60,770 nt of DNA from IMG/VR virus record IMGVR_UViG_3300045962_000005, positions 1 through 60,770 of that record, one strand, 5' to 3'. Below are positions 55,774 through 60,770 of the stretch, piece after piece. Below the pieces are notes generated by a model. The model made no database searches and had not been told where the DNA came from. It saw only the letters and a program-made list of their open reading frames with translations. Numbering within the stretch: the first letter of the stretch is position 1; each line of letters begins with the position of its first letter. The DNA comes from a virus (taxonomy: Duplodnaviria; Caudoviricetes). Both the position numbers and the translations under genes were made by a program.

Positions 55774-56224
55774 GCCATGCCATCCAGCCGAAAGTTCGTA
55801 CTGCATAATAGAGTAAATGCCTTTTAATAAAATTAACTTTGTCTTTTTTCATTAGATACAAAAAACATTTATCTGCATTCAGCCTCGTACCAATCCGGTT
55901 ACGATATAAATAGTCATGCGCCACTGAAGCACGTACATGTCGTCCACTTGCCTGACGTGCAATCCATTGAAATATCGCTGGCACTGATGCTAAATCAGTT
56001 TTAAAACCAACTGGAACTGTCATCCAAAAATCTTTATGGTATGGACTATGGAATGAAAATTCTTTCACCACTAACCATGTCCTGCCATCAGGGAGCATTT
56101 TGATAACCAGTTCGTCAGCAAAACTCATTGAGATATCACAATTATGATATGTACAATAATGCCCGTTAATACTAGAATAGACATCATCATCATCAAATAG
56201 TCGTACCATTTCACTTGCAATCAC
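55766..56224 (-). CDS. DUF1353-family protein
   Basis: VPVGFKTDLASVP...ASVAHDYLY...AD..F...AVR.FG motifs. Confidence 0.8.
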   Translation of the reverse strand: MIASEMVRLFDDDDVYSSINGHYCTYHNCDISMSFADELVIKMLPDGRTWLVVKEFSFHSPYHKDFWMTVPVGFKTDLASVPAIFQWIARQASGRHVRASVAHDYLYRNRIGTRLNADKCFLYLMKKDKVNFIKRHLLYYAVRTFGWMAWHG

Positions 56225-56477
56225 CTACACTCACCTGAACACCACCAGAATTAGATTTATAGCAGTAATTTTTGGGCAGATTTTCAGAACAGAAGATAGC
56301 ATTTTTTTGGTAACGTCCAGCAGCACTAACAAACGTACCGCTCACATCAGCTATAGCATCTTTCTGATAGCATCCATATTTTGCATCTGCTGGCAACTCA
56401 GCTATTTGTTCTTCAATGCTTGCTGTACTACAACCAACTAGAAAAGGTACAACTAATAATAGTTTTTTCATATCCAT
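56211..56477 (-). CDS. Lipoprotein (spanin-like candidate)
   Basis: MKKLLLVVPFLVGC signal peptide with lipobox. Confidence 0.6.
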   Translation of the reverse strand: MDMKKLLLVVPFLVGCSTASIEEQIAELPADAKYGCYQKDAIADVSGTFVSAAGRYQKNAIFCSENLPKNYCYKSNSGGVQVSVGDCK

Positions 56478-57589
56478 TCCTTCATTGCTTCTTTTACTTT
56501 AAATTTAAAAACTGCTTGTGGGTTACCGGAAAAAGGTTGAGTTGTATATTCTGGTCTACTGCCATACACTCCCGGCCATGCATCAGGTCTTACATCTTGT
56601 ATATCCTGCAGCATTTCAATTAAACTCTGGGCATCTTTTTTCCAGTAATTTAATTCGTTCGGTAATGCTTTTCTTCCGATACAGTTCTTAGTAACGTAGT
56701 GTATCCACTCTTTACGTTTAAGATTGTTAACATTCTTATCAACCCAATTAATTGAGAACTGACATACCTCTTTATCTGTCTTGGTTTTTAATAACTCTAC
56801 CAGATAATTTATAATATCCTTCGGTGGATTTTTACCCATTAAAGCAATATAGATTTTCACAGCAGTTTTATATAAGACTAGCTCTCTCATATCATTAACA
56901 ATGGTAGGATAAGCTAATTGAGCGAATTTGACTGAACCGTTGCGACCTTGAGCAGGATGAACCATATCATCTAATTCAACCTCAATACCTCTTTCCACAT
57001 AACCCACATCATTTGGTAAACAAACTCCTGATGATTTCATAATATAAATAACATCTATTAAGTTAGCCTTAGTCTGTTGGTTAGTATGCTCAGGGATAGC
57101 ATTAGGAATTAATACATATAATTTTTTACCTGCTTTATTACATCTTTCAATTAATTCATTTAGTGATTTCTTAAATTTCTTTGGTGTACTATATGACGCA
57201 TCATTTAATCCTAAGTGTACTAATACAAAATCTGCATCTGATTTTTCTAAAGATTTTTCTGTTAAAGAACCAGAACCTTTGCTGTCTTTAGTCATATCAA
57301 AAACTGGAGACATAGCACCATCTCTAATCCCTAAGTGCCAATCTAGGGTAGTCGAAGGTATCGTATGATTCTCTATCTCAACACCAACCCCAACCTGTGA
57401 CATAATCGCACACTTGATTAGATAACCAACATCACTATCAACTCGTTCTAGTTTAGGACTATGTTGTGCTGAAGGTAAATTCTGATGTCCATGCTCAACC
57501 CGATTATTAAACCCACGCATAAAAGCACTAGATGTTGATTCACCAACATACATGAATTTAATTATTTCATTAGAGAGTACGGCATTCAT
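56468..57589 (-). CDS. SGNH/GDSL hydrolase with DUF4214-like C-terminus
   Basis: Block I VGES, block III GLND, block V DMVHP; C-terminal IY..LMGK.P and GR.A...ELNYW. Confidence 0.65.
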   Translation of the reverse strand: MNAVLSNEIIKFMYVGESTSSAFMRGFNNRVEHGHQNLPSAQHSPKLERVDSDVGYLIKCAIMSQVGVGVEIENHTIPSTTLDWHLGIRDGAMSPVFDMTKDSKGSGSLTEKSLEKSDADFVLVHLGLNDASYSTPKKFKKSLNELIERCNKAGKKLYVLIPNAIPEHTNQQTKANLIDVIYIMKSSGVCLPNDVGYVERGIEVELDDMVHPAQGRNGSVKFAQLAYPTIVNDMRELVLYKTAVKIYIALMGKNPPKDIINYLVELLKTKTDKEVCQFSINWVDKNVNNLKRKEWIHYVTKNCIGRKALPNELNYWKKDAQSLIEMLQDIQDVRPDAWPGVYGSRPEYTTQPFSGNPQAVFKFKVKEAMKEWI

Positions 57590-58368
57590 TTTTTCTTTTT
57601 CTTAGTCCTTGAATCCAAATGGATTTGATAATAAGCAGATTTAACGAGTCGAGCTATTGCAATAATATCGTCAAAAGTAAACTCAATATCTTCATCGTCT
57701 GCCGTAGTCCAGATGACTGTACCATCGGGCAATCCTGCCATACGTGACAAAATAATATCCGTGACTGTGCCATTTAGTTCTTGTCGTGCTTTTTCATGAC
57801 CTTCGATTGTATGCCCGTTATATTCTACGGTTAAATTCTTATAAGCTTTATCTCGTTCAGCATTAACTTTCTTACGCTTTTTAATTTGGTTAGGCTTATA
57901 TTCTTTTGGACTTTTATCCATGTTCAATTCAACTACAGGAAAAATGTCAGGAGAATAAATAATTTCTGGTTTTTCTTTAGTGAACTCAGGATTATCTTCT
58001 GTTGATATAAAAGCGTCTTTTTCAGTTTGCCACTGAGCTATTTCTGCATTACGTTCATCTACTTCCTCTTGAGTATAGTAATGCTCTGGTTTTACTGGTG
58101 CTATTGGTTCTTCACCACAGTCACCCTCTTCACTTTCTATGCAAGCATTGTAGTTAGTCAGTAGTGTTTCATATTCAGATAACTTAGCATCATAAGTCGA
58201 TATATTTTCATAATCGACATAAGCTAATGACTTACCATCTAACCAATATTTTATTTGTGCAGTTGCCCGTTTAACTGGGATATATTCAAAGTTACCATCA
58301 GCATAAGTGACTTTATACTCAGATTGGTTATCAGAAGTGAACTCTATATCAGTTATCTCGTTATACAT
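57586..58368 (-). CDS. Tail-fibre assembly-like protein (DUF4376-like C-terminus), cassette B
   Basis: 260 aa; VNAERD...VEYNG...WTTADD pattern. Confidence 0.55.
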   Translation of the reverse strand: MYNEITDIEFTSDNQSEYKVTYADGNFEYIPVKRATAQIKYWLDGKSLAYVDYENISTYDAKLSEYETLLTNYNACIESEEGDCGEEPIAPVKPEHYYTQEEVDERNAEIAQWQTEKDAFISTEDNPEFTKEKPEIIYSPDIFPVVELNMDKSPKEYKPNQIKKRKKVNAERDKAYKNLTVEYNGHTIEGHEKARQELNGTVTDIILSRMAGLPDGTVIWTTADDEDIEFTFDDIIAIARLVKSAYYQIHLDSRTKKKKK

Positions 58369-58984
58369 TTTTTATCCACCCGTCCCCAACATTTTTGTCT
58401 GTTGTTAAAGTTCCCGTTGATTGATAATGAAAGTCAACCATAAGGCCAAATATTTCTTCTGTACCTGTCACACTAGCTGCATCCATTTCCACTTCCATAA
58501 CGATTAGCGTATCTGTCTCTAATAAGTCAATCGCCTGTGCGTCTGATGTTTCAACAATCAAATGTTCTCCTGCTGCTTCATCACCCGTTGCCGTATAAGT
58601 CAGCGTTATAGTCGCTCTGGTATCGTCTAAAATTCCACCTTGTTGGTAGCCCTTGCCGATTGTGTAATGCAATTTCCATGTGATGGTGTCGCCTGCCGTG
58701 AGTGCAATATCGACTAGAAAATGAACATGAGGATAGGCAAGAGAAGTCGGTTTATAGTCATGTAATACGTGGAAGGTTGCAAAGGCTGATTCACCTGCCG
58801 TAAAGTGCATACCGTAATGCCCGTTAACCATAGCTTTCCAAGCAGGTGGTGATAGCCCAGCGGCATTGCTATTATTTAAAACAGCGACTAAATCTTGCCA
58901 CCCTGCACCATAGCGATTTTGATTGCTGAGCCGTGCTAACTCGCTTCTTGTGTTTATATCCGGTCTAGTTGCTGTTGCGCCCAT
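58361..58984 (-). CDS. Tail-fibre-associated protein, cassette B
   Basis: 207 aa; N-terminus MGATATRPDINTRSELA resembles that of 440..739. Confidence 0.6.
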   Translation of the reverse strand: MGATATRPDINTRSELARLSNQNRYGAGWQDLVAVLNNSNAAGLSPPAWKAMVNGHYGMHFTAGESAFATFHVLHDYKPTSLAYPHVHFLVDIALTAGDTITWKLHYTIGKGYQQGGILDDTRATITLTYTATGDEAAGEHLIVETSDAQAIDLLETDTLIVMEVEMDAASVTGTEEIFGLMVDFHYQSTGTLTTDKNVGDGWIKNV

Positions 58985-60770
58985 TATTCGCCCCTCAGTG
59001 TGTAATTTGATTCTATATCTATGACAGTTCCAGAGTCAGCCCCAGAATCATGCTTGACAATCTGTCCGTCATGTCGTTTAGTCCAACCGCTGGCCGTACT
59101 CTCTATCAATTCTTTAGTAGTGCTATCGTAAGCTATAGCGGTGATATCCAACTGGCTAGTTGTAAATTCTGCGTTGTCTCTGAATAGATGCTTCTCTGAT
59201 TCATAGATTTCTTGTATTTGTGTGGCAGTGGGTGTTCCTCCGGATATTCTAAGGAGTGCTATTGAACCTGTAAATAAAAAGTCATTAGCTGTTGAATAAA
59301 ATAAACGTAAGGTAGCCGATGAATTTGTTGTATCTCTATCAGTTCCTGAAATGGTTGTATCAACCACACCGTTCAAATAAGCAGTTAATACCCCAGCATT
59401 TCTAGTAATCCCTAGATGTACCCAACCTAACCCTTCAATATCAGTTGTGCTAGTCAAGATAGAATTTGCTGCTGCTTCACTTATAATAAAAACAAAACCA
59501 GCAGAATTATTGTAGAGTCTATACCCCGAAGTACCAGAACCACTTCTAAAATCTACTATATAACCTCCATCTGTATCATTGCTATTCACCCATACTGAAA
59601 TATAAAAAGCATCTGTGCCAAAATCTAAGTTTGCATTATAGGGTTGGTAAAAATAATTTGAACTGGAGAAGCCCGAAGCGCATGTCAATTCTGCCCCAGT
59701 TGCCACGGCACTCTTGGTGATACTGCCAACGGCTTTGAGTCCGTTGTTGTTGTAGGACATGTCTGGTGTGGCTTGGACTACTGATACGTTGTCAAAACCA
59801 GCCGTATTACTTGCTAGTCCTGATGTGCATCTCAAAGACAAATAGGTAGTAGTAGTTGTCGCAACAAAAGTAAAGGTATCCTCTGTTAAAGAAGTGCTTG
59901 TTATGTCTGTTGAGTTTATATATTGACTTCCTCCCACAGAAGTTCCAAGCAAGAAATCAGCATTACCTAGTATTTTCTTGCCCTCCAGACTAACCATATA
60001 AGTTTTTCCAATTACTGTACTAAATGACTGTCTTGCTTGCCCAGTTGATTCAGTACCGCTTACAGTTATGACTAATTCTCCACTAGAAATAGATAAAGTT
60101 GCCCCAAAAGCAGTCCACCCAGTGGTATCCGTATCAAAAGTACCATTAGTTACCAATTCACTGCCACTCAACGAGTCAGTCGAGGTGTCTCCCAGAAACG
60201 CTCCTTTGATATCGCCGAACTGCCAGCCTGACGTAAATGCATTATCACCACCTGTGATGGTGCATATGAGTCCTGAACCTTCTGAGCCTTCTGTATAGTT
60301 TGGTTTGAGTAGTGTTAAACTGCGGTTGGTTGCTATGGCATTGTGGGATAAATCTTGTGTCAGTGAGTTTGTACTTCCATAATGTATAGGATGCCTCCCA
60401 GTTGTAGTCCATTGCGTACCATAACTAACAAGACCATGATATTGTGGGTCGGTTGTATATCTTCCATCAGTTAACGTTGTCATAGCAGATTGATACTTTG
60501 TGTATTTACTATCTGTAGTATTATCGGTACTCCAATACACATAATCATCTATGACTGCAACATTATTTACATTATCAACAGTATTCCCATCGTCAGTCCA
60601 ACTCGAAACACTATTATCAGAAGTATCAATACGGTCAAGGCCGCCATCTGAGCCAACGAAAACTATGTTTTTACCTGTGCTGGGGTCTGTGGTTACTGCG
60701 AGTGCGTTAAAGTCTCTATCTGATAAAGGCTCTGAAAAATAACCTGTTATGACAGTTGAGATGCTATCAT
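58984..60770 (-). CDS. Tail fibre/receptor-binding protein, version B (5' end beyond the window end)
   Basis: The frame stays open upstream of the track's 60540 start to the window edge and is in frame with fibre A across the shared 127 bp; paralogous to fibre A. Confidence 0.8.
   Translation of the reverse strand, partial: DSISTVITGYFSEPLSDRDFNALAVTTDPSTGKNIVFVGSDGGLDRIDTSDNSVSSWTDDGNTVDNVNNVAVIDDYVYWSTDNTTDSKYTKYQSAMTTLTDGRYTTDPQYHGLVSYGTQWTTTGRHPIHYGSTNSLTQDLSHNAIATNRSLTLLKPNYTEGSEGSGLICTITGGDNAFTSGWQFGDIKGAFLGDTSTDSLSGSELVTNGTFDTDTTGWTAFGATLSISSGELVITVSGTESTGQARQSFSTVIGKTYMVSLEGKKILGNADFLLGTSVGGSQYINSTDITSTSLTEDTFTFVATTTTTYLSLRCTSGLASNTAGFDNVSVVQATPDMSYNNNGLKAVGSITKSAVATGAELTCASGFSSSNYFYQPYNANLDFGTDAFYISVWVNSNDTDGGYIVDFRSGSGTSGYRLYNNSAGFVFIISEAAANSILTSTTDIEGLGWVHLGITRNAGVLTAYLNGVVDTTISGTDRDTTNSSATLRLFYSTANDFLFTGSIALLRISGGTPTATQIQEIYESEKHLFRDNAEFTTSQLDITAIAYDSTTKELIESTASGWTKRHDGQIVKHDSGADSGTVIDIESNYTLRGE

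Noticed and set aside
58984-60770. Fibre paralogs as a diversity-generating retroelement TR/VR pair or an invertible segment
   Set aside because: No reverse transcriptase or invertase is visible, both copies have the same orientation, and the differences are not adenine-specific.
60644-60770. 127-bp repeat as a biological terminal repeat
   Set aside because: It matches an internal site rather than position 1, lies mid-gene and equals a common assembler k-mer length.
1-60770. Alternative genetic code or intron/intein-split genes
   Set aside because: Core genes (polymerase, terminase, portal, capsid, primase) are continuous and of plausible length in the standard code.

Overview
The window holds an essentially complete ~58-61 kb dsDNA tailed phage genome (podovirus-like), probably infecting a Gram-negative host. 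Two arms are transcribed in opposite directions. The + strand early/replication arm (~10.9-29.4 kb) has five sigma70-type promoters, an origin-like repeat region, an AAA+ ATPase/VWA module, family A DNA polymerase, PD-(D/E)XK exonuclease, VRR-NUC, SNF2 helicase, an SSB-like protein and a primase-helicase. The - strand late arm (10.7 kb down to 1, and 60.8 kb down to 29.5 kb) has an unannotated RHH regulator, TerS, a ThyX-like protein, TerL, tail genes, lysis genes, portal, scaffold, major capsid and a 2267-aa internal virion protein. I saw no integrase, tRNA, reverse transcriptase or CRISPR array. Most notable: (1) a 16-bp dyad TTCTAAC-NN-GTTAGAA in 8 copies, all in the early arm, one inside the polymerase gene, with a covarying flanking base pair; (2) a hairpin + GATATTTAYT motif in early-gene leaders; (3) a hidden 56-aa ribbon-helix-helix gene with an inverted repeat over its own promoter; (4) two mosaic tail-fibre cassettes, where the last 127 bp of the window exactly match 2447-2573, closing a 58,197-bp circle and leaving 1-2446 as an alternative or duplicate cassette. 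All functional calls come from motif reading by eye; no database searches were run.
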